This document shows, one piece after another, positions 21,661 through 31,258 of a DNA stretch of 64,000 bases; position 1 is the first letter of the stretch; each line of letters opens with the position of its first letter. This DNA is from Christensenella sp. (GTDB lineage: Bacteria; Bacillota; Clostridia; Christensenellales; CAG-917). A model generated the notes under the pieces. That model saw nothing but the letters and a program-made list of their open reading frames with translations. It was not told the DNA's origin and made no database searches. Both the position numbers and the translations under genes were made by a program. The stretch spans positions 1,029,121 to 1,093,120 of the forward strand of contig CP091723.1 in NCBI GenBank assembly GCA_022009775.1. Direction: 5' to 3'.

Positions 21661-21846
21661 AATTCAATTTTAATCCAATACAGCAAGATTTGCAAGTTAT
21701 TTCGCAATTTTGTCAATTTACTGACAAAAAATGCAGTAGTATAATACAACTATAAAGTGAATATTATCTCATCCATGCATACGCCGTTGTGGTTGCAAAA
21801 CGACCACAACGCTGCAAAAGACGCAACCTAAAAAAGGAAGAAAAAA

Positions 21847-23232
21847 ATGTTTTTTGACAATAAAGTTTTTCTTGAAAACGACAAAGCAGTGGAACTTTAC
21901 GAATACGCAAAGTCCCTGCCTATTTTTGATTATCACTGCCACCTTGCTCCCCAAGATATCCTTGGCGACAAGGTTTTTTCAAATTTGACGGAATTGTGGC
22001 TCAACGGCGACCACTACAAGTGGCGCATTATGAGAGCATACGGCGTTGACGAGAAGTTCATCACCGGTGACGGCGACGACAAAGAGAAGTTTTTCCGCTT
22101 TGCTGAGGCTTTGCCTCACTTCATCGGCAACCCTGTCTATCACTGGGCACACCTTGAACTGAAAAAGTATTTTGACCTCACTCTCCCTATTTGCCCTAAA
22201 AACGCAGAGGAGATTTGGACTCGCACCCTTGAAAAGATGGCTGACGGCAGTTTTTCTGCAAAGAAACTGATTGAACGTTCAAACGTTTGTGCAGTTGTCA
22301 CCACAGACGACCCCGTTGACGACCTTTCCGCCCATAGAGCAATTGCAGGTGAAGACAACCCCTTCAAGGTGCTTCCTTGTTTTAGAGCAGACCGTCTCAT
22401 CAACATCGACAAGCCTGACTATGCAGACTACGTCAAGAAACTGGGTGAAGTGGCAGGGGTTGAAATCAAAGGATTCAATGAACTTCTTGAAGCAGTTGAA
22501 AGACGCCTTGATTTCTTTGTGGCAAACGGCGCAACCGCAGTGGACATCGGCATGGAAGATTTCCCCTTTGGATACGGAGACGTCAGTAAATGCGACGACA
22601 TCATTAAAGATAGACTTGATGAAAAATTCATTGATGATGAAGACAAGGCGGAATTCCAGTTTACCCTTATGGCACACATTGCAAAGATGCTTCGTGACAG
22701 AGGCATGGTGATGCAACTGCACGTAGGTGTCATCCGCAACTGCAACACAGTCCTTTTTGACAGATGTGGCGTTGACGTGGGCGGTGACAGTGTGGCAAAC
22801 GTCCTCAACGTCAACAATGCAAGGGATTTCCTTGACTACGTTGAGCAAAACGGAGGCCTTCCTAAGACAATAATCTACACTCTGAATCCCACCGCCTATT
22901 ATCCTCTTGCCACCCTCATCGGGGACTTCCAAGGAGGAGAAAGAGGCAAGATTCAACTGGGTGCAGCTTGGTGGTTTATGGACCATCGTGACGGCATAAA
23001 AGAGCAGATGAGAGTGCTGGCTTCAACAGGCGGACTTGGTCTTTTCAACGGTATGCTCACAGACAGCAGAAGCTTCACCTCATACGCTCGACACGACTAT
23101 TTCCGCAGAATATTCTGCTCACTTGTTGGTGAGTGGGTTGAAAGCGGTGAATATCCCGACGACAAGGAAACCCTTGAAAATCTTGTGAAAAACGTTTGCA
23201 TTGACAATGCAAAAAAATATTTTGGAGTTTGA
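21847..23232 (+). CDS. uxaC: glucuronate (uronate) isomerase
   Basis: MFFDNKVFLENDKAVELYEYAKSLPIFDYHCHL…, UxaC N-terminal signature; 461 aa. Confidence 0.9.
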   Translation: MFFDNKVFLENDKAVELYEYAKSLPIFDYHCHLAPQDILGDKVFSNLTELWLNGDHYKWRIMRAYGVDEKFITGDGDDKEKFFRFAEALPHFIGNPVYHWAHLELKKYFDLTLPICPKNAEEIWTRTLEKMADGSFSAKKLIERSNVCAVVTTDDPVDDLSAHRAIAGEDNPFKVLPCFRADRLINIDKPDYADYVKKLGEVAGVEIKGFNELLEAVERRLDFFVANGATAVDIGMEDFPFGYGDVSKCDDIIKDRLDEKFIDDEDKAEFQFTLMAHIAKMLRDRGMVMQLHVGVIRNCNTVLFDRCGVDVGGDSVANVLNVNNARDFLDYVEQNGGLPKTIIYTLNPTAYYPLATLIGDFQGGERGKIQLGAAWWFMDHRDGIKEQMRVLASTGGLGLFNGMLTDSRSFTSYARHDYFRRIFCSLVGEWVESGEYPDDKETLENLVKNVCIDNAKKYFGV

Positions 23233-23233
23233 T

Positions 23234-24285
23234 ATGAAACTGACTTTTAGATGGTATGGTCTTGGTGACAGAATCCCCCTTGACTACATAAGACAAATCC
23301 CCAATATGTACAGTGTTGTGACAGCAGTCTACGACGTGCCCGTAGGCGAAGTGTGGCCCAGAGAAAGCATTGCAACTCTTGTGAGAGAAGCAGAGGCTCA
23401 CGGACTTAAAGCAGAAGTCATCGAGTCCGTTCCCGTCCACGAAGACATCAAACTTGGCCTCCCCACAAGAGACAAGTATATCGCCAACTACTGCGAGAAT
23501 ATTCGTCGTCTTGGTGAAGTGGGTGTCAAGTGCATTTGCTACAACTTCATGCCCGTCTTTGACTGGACAAGAACACAACTGGACAAGTTGGCAGAAGACG
23601 GCTCAACAAGCCTTGTATACTACGGCGAACAACTCGACGGCAAGGACCCTTTGGTTGATGATATGAACTTGCCCGGTTGGGACGCAAGTTATCAAAAAGA
23701 GGACTTAAAACGTCTGTTTGAGCAATATAAAGCCGTGGATAGTGAAAAGTTGTGGGAAAACCTTGGCTACTTCCTTGAACGCATAATCCCCGTTGCAGAG
23801 GAGTGTGGCATCAACATGGCAATCCACCCCGATGATCCACCGTGGGATATCTTTGGCCTGCCTCGTATCATCACCAACGAGAAGAATATCGACAGATTCC
23901 TCTCCCTTGTTGACAGCCCCAATAACGGTCTCACTTTCTGCACGGGCTCACTGGGTGCAGATAAAAACAACGACCTTGTTGCAATGGTCGACAAGTACGC
24001 AAAGATGGGCAGAATCCACTTTATGCACGTGAGAAATATCCGTGTCTTCGACAATGGATTTGAGGAGTGTGCTCACGACCAATCCGCAGGCACGCTTGAC
24101 ATCCTCGGCATTATGAAAGCCCTCTATGACAACAACTTTGACGGCTATCTCCGCCCCGACCACGGCAGAATGATTTGGGGGAAGAAGGCAAGCCCGGATA
24201 CGGTCTTTACGATAGAGCACTGGGCGCAAGTTATATCAACGGCGTATGGGAAACCCTCAACAGATTCAACAAGCAGTCAAAATAA
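23234..24285 (+). CDS. uxuA: mannonate dehydratase (one homopolymer frameshift near 24177-24181)
   Basis: [12 protein letters not shown]…[14 protein letters not shown]…AIHPDDPPW…[11 protein letters not shown] matches the E. coli UxuA blocks. After the G5 run the C-terminus continues in another frame ([32 protein letters not shown]), stop TAA at 24283-24285. ORF-track 23201..24445 is an artefactual fusion. Confidence 0.8.
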
Positions 24286-24319
24286 ATCGAAACAAAACCC
24301 TAAAAGGAAAAGGATAATT

Positions 24320-25163
24320 ATGAAAACACCTATCAGCATCAATTTGAACAATAAAGTTGTGGTCATCACAGGAGCAGGCGGAGTCATCTGCGGATGCCTT
24401 GCAAAGGCCCCTTGCATCAAACGGCGCAAAGGTTGCACTCCTTGACCTCAATCTTGAAGCAGCAGAGGCTGTGGCAAATGAAATAGTCGCAGAAGGCGGT
24501 GTGGCAAAGGCATACAAGACAAACGTCCTTGACAAGGAAAATCTTGAAGCCGTCCGTGAAGAAATTGAAAAGGATTTGGGTGTCACCGACATCCTCATCA
24601 ACGGCGCAGGCGGAAATAACCCTCGTGCCACCACGGACAATGAATACTGCACCTTTGAAAAACAAGTGGACAAGGACTTTTTTGACCTTGACGCAGGCGG
24701 GGTAAGATTTGTCTTTGAACTGAACTTCATCGGCAGTTTCCTCCCCACCCAAGTTTTCTGCAAAGGTATGGTTGGAAGAAAGGGCTGTTCCGTCCTGAAC
24801 ATTTCATCAATGAACGCCTTTACACCTCTCACCAAAATCCCTGCATACAGCGCGGCAAAGGCAGGCATCAGCAACTTTACAGAGTGGCTTGCAGTGCACT
24901 TTGCAAAGGTGGGCATCCGTGTCAACGCAATTGCACCGGGATTTTTTGTGACCAATCAAAACAGAGCATTGCTCTTTGACGCAGAGGGCAACGCAACTCC
25001 CAGAACAAAGAAAATTCTGAACGCAACCCCTATGGAAAGATTTGGCGAAGTTGAGGAACTTGTGGGCGCAACCCTCTTCCTTTTGAGTGAAGAAGCAGCA
25101 GGTTTCATCACTGGTGTAGTCCTTCCCATTGACGGCGGTTTCAGCGCATATTCAGGTGTGTAG
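24320..25163 (+). CDS. SDR-family oxidoreductase, probably D-mannonate/fructuronate reductase-like (one homopolymer frameshift near 24408-24411)
   Basis: ATG 24320 gives MKTPISINLNNKVVVITGAGGVI (Rossmann TGxxGxxG). The frame shifts at the C4 run and continues as LASNGAKVALLDLN… to the stop at 25163. YSAAKAG catalytic motif present. Sits between uxuA and eda. Confidence 0.7.
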
Positions 25164-25171
25164 AGGTGACT

Positions 25172-25785
25172 ATGGACTTTTCATTTTTCAACACAAACAA
25201 AAGTAGTGCCCGTTGTGGTGCTTAACAGCATTGACGAAACAATCCCCAAACTCAGCGCATTGAAGCGTGGGGGGCATCAACGTGGCGGAAATCACTTTCC
25301 GTACATCTTGTGCACCCGATTGCCTTGCACTGGCAGTCAAGACTTTCCCCGATATGCTTGTGGGCGTTGGCACAATCATCAATAGAGAACAATGCGTGAA
25401 GGCCCTTGACATTGGGGCAAAGTTTGTTGTGTCCCCCGGCTTTTCAAAGGAAGTGGCAGAAGAGTGTATCTCCCGTGACGTACCCTATATCCCCGGCGTC
25501 ATCACCCCCACAGAGGTTATGATGGCAAAGGCAGTTGGTCTCAACGTCCTCAAGTTTTTCCCTGCCAGTGACTTTGGCGGAATCAAAACAATGAAAGCAT
25601 TGTCAGCAGCATTTCCTGACGTCCGCTTTGTGCCTACAGGCGGTGTTGGTGAAAGCAATCTCCACGAATTCATTGGACAAAAATTTGTCATTGGCGCAGG
25701 TGGAAGCTGGATGATGAAAGGAACTGAAAGCGACATCGAAACCGCATCAAGACGTGCGGTGGAAATCGCAAAGGAGTATATATGA
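25172..25785 (+). CDS. eda: 2-dehydro-3-deoxyphosphogluconate (KDPG) aldolase (two homopolymer frameshifts near the 5' end)
   Basis: ATG 25172 MDFSFFNTNK, shift at A4 25199-25202 to VVPVVVLNSIDETIPKLSALKRGG, shift at G6 25268-25273 to INVAEITFRT…PGVITPTEVMMA…VKFFPA (Eda/KdgA family). Confidence 0.75.
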
Positions 25786-26801
25786 GAGTAATTACGTTTG
25801 GCGAAATTATGTTGCGTTTTGCCCCTGAGGGCTACAACCGTCTTTTCCAAACCCCTGTCCTCAACGGCACTTTTGGCGGCGGTGAAGCAAACGTTGCAGT
25901 GTCCATTGCAAACTTTGGCGGAGATGCCGCATTTGTGACAAAACTCCCTGAAAACGCAATCGCAGAAGCCTGCATCAGAGAGCTTCGTGGCTTTGGCGTT
26001 GACACAAAATTCATCGCACGTGGCGGTGCAAGAATGGGTGTCTATTATATGGAGAAGGGTGCATCTTGCCGTCCTTCAAACGTCATCTATGACAGAGCGC
26101 ACTCATCAATTTCAACAGCAACCGACAGCGACTTTGACTGGGACAAAATCTTCACCGGAGCAGACTGGTTCCACTTCACAGGCATCACTCCCGCCCTCAG
26201 TGATGAACTTGCCAAAGTGACCTTAAACGCACTTAAAGTTGCAAAAGCAAAGGGATTAAGCGTCAGTTGTGACCTTAACTACCGCAAAAAACTTTGGTCA
26301 AGAGAAAAGGCGAAAGAGGTTATGACAAGCCTTATGCCTTACGTTGACCTGTGCATTTGCAATGAGGAAGACGCAAAGGACGTCTTCGGTATTGAAGCGG
26401 ACGGCACCGACATTGAAAAGGGTGCATTGAGCCGTGAGGGATACGTGGGTGTAGCCAAAAAACTCACTGACAAATTCGGATTTAAGAAAGTGGCAATCAC
26501 TCTCCGCGAAAGTTTTTCAGCCAACGACAACGATTGGTCTGCAATGCTTTACGCTGACGGCGTAGCGCACTTCTCAAACAAATATTCACTGCACATCGTA
26601 GATAGAGTCGGTGGTGGTGACAGCTTTGGTGCAGGGCTCATCTACGGCCTCACCAACGGCTACACCAACCAAGACGCGCTCGAATTTGCAGTGGCAGCAA
26701 GCGCACTGAAACACACCATTGAAGGCGACTTCAATCGTGTCGGTGTCAAGGAAGTACAGTCACTCATCAAAAACGGCGGAAGCGGTAGAGTGCAAAGATA
26801 G
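25782..26801 (+). CDS. kdgK: 2-dehydro-3-deoxygluconokinase (PfkB family)
   Basis: MRVITFGEIMLRFAPEGYNRLFQ…GGEANVAVS, C-terminal GGGDSFGAG PfkB motif. ATGA overlap with eda. Confidence 0.85.
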   Translation: MRVITFGEIMLRFAPEGYNRLFQTPVLNGTFGGGEANVAVSIANFGGDAAFVTKLPENAIAEACIRELRGFGVDTKFIARGGARMGVYYMEKGASCRPSNVIYDRAHSSISTATDSDFDWDKIFTGADWFHFTGITPALSDELAKVTLNALKVAKAKGLSVSCDLNYRKKLWSREKAKEVMTSLMPYVDLCICNEEDAKDVFGIEADGTDIEKGALSREGYVGVAKKLTDKFGFKKVAITLRESFSANDNDWSAMLYADGVAHFSNKYSLHIVDRVGGGDSFGAGLIYGLTNGYTNQDALEFAVAASALKHTIEGDFNRVGVKEVQSLIKNGGSGRVQR

Positions 26802-26823
26802 ATTATAATAAAGGAGAGAATAT

Positions 26824-29088
26824 ATGAGCAGAGTACTTATCAACACAGGATGGCGTTTCTTCAAAAACTGCAACAGCATTGAAGAAATGGACGCAATTAA
26901 AAGCATCAAAGTCAATTTGCCCCACACTTGGAACAACCTTGACGGTCAAGACGGCGGAAACGATTATTTCCGTGGCAAGTGTTTCTACAGAAAGAAAATC
27001 GCTCTCACCAAAAAGGAAAACAAGGTGTATTATCTTGAATTCCGTGGTGTCAACGCAATGAGTGAAGTGTTTGTCAACGGCGTGTCCGTTGCATATCACG
27101 AAGGCGGTTTTTCAACCTTCCGTGCCAACATTACCGACCAACTTGTTGACGGCGAAAACACAATCATCGTGTCCGCAGACAACTCCGCAAACGACAGAGT
27201 CTATCCTCAAATGGCAGACTTCACTTTCTTTGGCGGTATCTACAGAAACGTGTATATCATCGAAGCACCCGCAGTGAGATTTGACCTTGACTATCTGGGC
27301 GGAGAAGGCGTTAAAGTGACACCCATCGTCAACGAAGACGGCAGTGCAACAGTCACGGTGGACAGCTATATCACCGGTGCAACCGACGGCGGGACAGTAA
27401 AGTGCGACATCCTCTTTGATGGCGAAGTGGTGGCAACGGCAGAAGCACCTGCAACTGCAAAAACAACCCTCACCTACACCCTTGAAAATCCCATTCTTTG
27501 GGACGGCGTTGAAAACCCTGCACTCTACACAGCAAAAGTCACTCTCACCACAGACAACGACAGCGATGAAAGAGTTGTCCGCTTTGGTGTCCGCACAATG
27601 AAGGCAGACAAAGACGGCTTCTGGCTCAACGGCAGAAAATATCCCCTCCACGGCGTATCCCGTCACCAAGACAGACAAGATATGGGTTGGGCAATCACCG
27701 AAAAGGAACACAAGGAAGACATCGACCTCATCAAAGAACTGGGCGCAAACACAATCCGTCTTGCACACTATCAACACGACCAATACTTCTATGACCTCTG
27801 CGACGAATACGGTATGGTGGTCTGGGCAGAAATCCCCTACATTTCATCACATCTTGCCAACGGCGATGAAAACGCAGTGAGCCAAATGAAGGAACTCATC
27901 ACACAAAACTACAACCACGCATCAATCTTCTGTTGGGGACTGAGCAATGAAATCACCATCACCGGTGAAAGTGAAGAGATGATGGCACTCCACCACAGAC
28001 TCAACGACCTTTGCCACGATATGGACAAAACTCGTCCCACAACCATGGCAAACGTGACAATGCTTGACATAACATCTCCCATCATCGACCTCCCCGACAT
28101 CATGTCATACAACCACTATTTCGGCTGGTATATGGGCGACGTCAACGGCAACGCAGAATGGCTTGACGACTTTAGAGCAGCACGCCCCGACAGAACAATC
28201 GGCATCAGCGAATACGGCTGTGAAGCAATCCTCACTTGGCACAACTCAGACCCCAAGCAAGGTGACTACAGTGAAGAATATCAAGCATATTATCACGAAA
28301 ACCTCCTCCGCATTTTTGCAGAACGTCCTTACCTCTGGGCAACCCACGTTTGGAATATGTTTGACTTCGGCGTTGACGGCAGAAACGAAGGCGGTGTTGC
28401 AGGACGCAACAACAAGGGCCTCGTCACTTACGATAGAAAGATAAAGAAGGACAGCTTCTACATCTACAAAGCATACTGGACCACCGATCCTTTCGTCCAC
28501 ATCACCTCAAAGAGATATTACTACCGTGCAGAAAAGACCACCACAGTCAAGGTGTACAGCAACTGCGACAAGGTGACTCTCTACGTCAATGGCAAGGAAT
28601 TTGCAACTCAAGAAGGCAAGTATATCTTCACCTTTGAAGTGCCTCTCAAGATTCTCGGTGCAACCAAGATCAAGGCAGTCAGCGGTGACGTCAGTGATGA
28701 AGCATCAATCAAGTACGTGAGAAAGCCTTATCAAGGATATATCTTGAAGACAGAAGCAAAGGTGGACAACTGGTTTGACAAAAACAATGAATTTGACTTC
28801 AAGTTCCCCGAAGGATATTTCTCAATCAAGGACAAACTTGGTAACATTATGGCAACCGAAGAAGGCGAAGCCCTCATCAATAGTCTTATAGACAGAGTGG
28901 TCAAAATCATGATGTCAGGCCCTGACAGCCAGTCAAAAGGCGAAGTGAAAATCAGCAAGGGTATGATGAAGCTTGCAAGCAGTATGACCATTGAACGTAT
29001 CGCAGGCTTGGCAGGAGACAAAGTGACAGCCGACATGCTCTTTGAAGTCAACGAAATGCTGAACAAAATCAAGAAGCCCCAAAAATAA
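26824..29088 (+). CDS. glycoside hydrolase family 2 enzyme, likely beta-glucuronidase given context
   Basis: GH2 blocks: sugar-binding N domain, NTIRLAHYQHDQYFYDLCDEYGMVVWAEIP, WGLSNEI catalytic region, extra C-terminal ~150 aa; 754 aa. Confidence 0.75.
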   Translation: MSRVLINTGWRFFKNCNSIEEMDAIKSIKVNLPHTWNNLDGQDGGNDYFRGKCFYRKKIALTKKENKVYYLEFRGVNAMSEVFVNGVSVAYHEGGFSTFRANITDQLVDGENTIIVSADNSANDRVYPQMADFTFFGGIYRNVYIIEAPAVRFDLDYLGGEGVKVTPIVNEDGSATVTVDSYITGATDGGTVKCDILFDGEVVATAEAPATAKTTLTYTLENPILWDGVENPALYTAKVTLTTDNDSDERVVRFGVRTMKADKDGFWLNGRKYPLHGVSRHQDRQDMGWAITEKEHKEDIDLIKELGANTIRLAHYQHDQYFYDLCDEYGMVVWAEIPYISSHLANGDENAVSQMKELITQNYNHASIFCWGLSNEITITGESEEMMALHHRLNDLCHDMDKTRPTTMANVTMLDITSPIIDLPDIMSYNHYFGWYMGDVNGNAEWLDDFRAARPDRTIGISEYGCEAILTWHNSDPKQGDYSEEYQAYYHENLLRIFAERPYLWATHVWNMFDFGVDGRNEGGVAGRNNKGLVTYDRKIKKDSFYIYKAYWTTDPFVHITSKRYYYRAEKTTTVKVYSNCDKVTLYVNGKEFATQEGKYIFTFEVPLKILGATKIKAVSGDVSDEASIKYVRKPYQGYILKTEAKVDNWFDKNNEFDFKFPEGYFSIKDKLGNIMATEEGEALINSLIDRVVKIMMSGPDSQSKGEVKISKGMMKLASSMTIERIAGLAGDKVTADMLFEVNEMLNKIKKPQK

Positions 29089-29106
29089 GCAAGGAAGGGA
29101 GATATT

Positions 29107-30813
29107 ATGAAAGAGAAGAAAATCAATACCCCCATTGATAGACCTTTTGGCAATAGAGATAAGATTGGATACATGATGGGCGACTTCGGTTGCAACATGA
29201 GTTTCCAACTTATCAGCAGTTTTTTGATGTTGTTTGTCACCCAAGGTCTTGGACTTACAATGGGACATTGGTCAATCATCGTCATCATTTCAAAGATTTT
29301 TGACGCAATCAACGATCCCATCATCGGCGCGTTGGTTGACGCAAGAAAGCCTGGTAGACGTGGCAAATATATTCCTTGGATTTTCTGTGGCGCCTTTGCA
29401 ATCGCACTTACGACGGTGCTTTTGTTCCTTGACGTCAGAGCACTCTCCTACTGGGGCAGATTTGCATACGTGCTTGTTATGTACTGTGTGTGGTCTGTTG
29501 CATACACCGCTGCAAACGTGCCTTACGGCTCGCTCAACGCAGCCCTCACCGACGATTCCGGTCACAGAGCATCACTTTCATCACTTCGCAGTATTGGCGC
29601 AGGCGTCGCAATGCTTCCTATGATGATCATCGTGCCTAGACTCATTTACGGCGAGGCAGATCCAGTCACAAATATCGAGCCTCTCCTTCCTGAGGTTTTC
29701 GTGTGGGTAGCACTGGCTTGTGGGGTTGCTGCAATCGGCGGATTTATGCTCACTTGCTTCCTTACGAAAGAAAGAAAACAAGTTGAAAAACCCAAAGAAA
29801 AATTCAACTATCTTCAAACGCTCAAAGGCTTTGTCACAAACCGTGCTGCACTCGGTATGTGTCTTGCATCATTCAGCCAACTTGTGTTTGTCATGTCCTA
29901 CGCAACCACTTTGCCTCTCGTGTGTCAACTCTTCTTCGGTGACGCAAAGGCGTCAGGCACGGTCGGCATCGTCATGATGTTGCCTATGATGTTCGTCATC
30001 CCCTTTATGGGCAAACTTACAAGAAAGTTCGGAAAGAAAGAGATTGCAATGTGGCCCAACTTGGTGGCAATCGCCGTGCTTGTGATTATGCTGATCATTC
30101 CTTTCCCCAGAACAAGCGCAGGTATGTGGGCATACGCAGCTTGCCTCGGCGTTGCAATGTTGGCATCAGCTCCCTTGAACCTTGGCACTTGGTCAATGGT
30201 GGCAGACTGTGTTGACGAGCAAGAAGTGAGGACAGCAAAGAAAGACGGCAAAAACCTCTACGCAACCTACCTCACAAAAGAGCAATTCGGCAAGCGTGAC
30301 GAAGCAAGTGTGTACGCAACTTACTCCCTTGCGAGAAAGGCAGCACAAGGGATAGGCTCTGCGCTGGTGGCAGCCCTTGCAGGCTTGGTTGGATTTGACT
30401 CGACAAACGTCCAAGCAACCACTCCTCAAACTTCACAAAACCTGTTGACCCTGTCCATTGTACTTCCTTTGGTTGGTTCAATCCTCATCTTCGTGGCATT
30501 CTTCTGTGTGTACAACCTGAACAAGAAAAAGGTCATCGAGAACACGGAATTCCTCCGCGATAAGAACGCACGTATTGCAATCCAACTTGCAAAGGGAGCA
30601 CAACCAGACGACGGAACGGACGAAGCAGAAGTCATCACTTTTGGCAACGTGATAGAAGAAGTTTCAACTGAAACAGAACCTGCCCCCCGCCCAAGCATAA
30701 CCAAAAATCAATCAACAAAAAACGGACTGATTTTAGTCCGTTTTTTTGTTGTGCCGATGAATATTAATTTTGATTGTTTTGACAAAACGAATGGTTTATT
30801 TTGTCGGTTTTGA
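29107..30813 (+). CDS. MFS transporter, glycoside-pentoside-hexuronide:cation symporter (GPH) family
   Basis: MGDFGCNMSFQLISSFLMLFVTQGLGL…DAINDPIIGALVDAR, a typical MelB/UidB-like N-terminus; 12 predicted TM helices; 568 aa. Confidence 0.8.
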   Translation: MKEKKINTPIDRPFGNRDKIGYMMGDFGCNMSFQLISSFLMLFVTQGLGLTMGHWSIIVIISKIFDAINDPIIGALVDARKPGRRGKYIPWIFCGAFAIALTTVLLFLDVRALSYWGRFAYVLVMYCVWSVAYTAANVPYGSLNAALTDDSGHRASLSSLRSIGAGVAMLPMMIIVPRLIYGEADPVTNIEPLLPEVFVWVALACGVAAIGGFMLTCFLTKERKQVEKPKEKFNYLQTLKGFVTNRAALGMCLASFSQLVFVMSYATTLPLVCQLFFGDAKASGTVGIVMMLPMMFVIPFMGKLTRKFGKKEIAMWPNLVAIAVLVIMLIIPFPRTSAGMWAYAACLGVAMLASAPLNLGTWSMVADCVDEQEVRTAKKDGKNLYATYLTKEQFGKRDEASVYATYSLARKAAQGIGSALVAALAGLVGFDSTNVQATTPQTSQNLLTLSIVLPLVGSILIFVAFFCVYNLNKKKVIENTEFLRDKNARIAIQLAKGAQPDDGTDEAEVITFGNVIEEVSTETEPAPRPSITKNQSTKNGLILVRFFVVPMNINFDCFDKTNGLFCRF

Positions 30814-30850
30814 CATTTAAAATATTGATTAATCAAACAAGTATTTTTGT

Positions 30851-31132
30851 GGGGGAATAAGTGGATTGTGCGATTTTTCAAAAATCGCACCACGGTTTCA
30901 CCGTGCGAACCCCTTCGGGCTGATAACAAACGAAGAGAGACGCAAGCGCGTAGCATTTGCGGACATCGAGTGCAGTCTCATAGCCAACAAATCAGACACG
31001 AAGTGTCCGCGAAAGGCGCAGTGCAACGCACGATTTGTTGAGCGTAGACGCTCAGAGAAGTGAACAGGTTCACTCTCTTCGCTATTACGGAAGCGTCCAG
31101 GTCGCTTCCTACGAATCCCTTTGTTTCCATCA
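30851..31132 (+). ncRNA. unclassified structured-RNA-like element, copy 2
   Basis: Core 30907-31119 differs from copy 1 at 3 of 213 positions. Flanks differ but keep pairing: 5' GGGAATAAG-t-GGATT (30853-30867) with AATCC-c-TTTGTTTCC (31114-31128), then ATCA. 5' hairpins gtgcgatttttcaaaaatcgcac and cacggtttcaccgtg replace the copy-1 hairpins. Confidence 0.5.
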
Positions 31133-31173
31133 CAAAAGTCGTGCTTGCACGGCTTTATATAAAAGGCGGTATA

Positions 31174-31203
31174 TTGACAAGTGTATAAAATATACTGTAT
31201 AAT
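31174..31203 (+). promoter_or_regulatory. sigma70-type promoter of SPFH/flotillin gene
   Basis: TTGACA 31174-31179, 18-nt spacer, TATAAT 31198-31203; RBS aaggagg precedes ATG 31259. Confidence 0.5.
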
Positions 31204-31258
31204 AATTTTGATGTGGGAGTTCGGGCGATGACCCGAACGAAACTAAAGGAGGAACAAA

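Noticed and set aside
23201-24445. ORF-track 414-aa uxuA-SDR fusion, 302-aa L4-L23 fusion (40141..41049), and rplB/rplP/rpmD fragments as real gene structures
   Set aside because: Each junction sits on a mononucleotide run and is resolved by a 1-nt change. Essential ribosomal genes are affected, so these are assembly errors, not fusions or pseudogenes.
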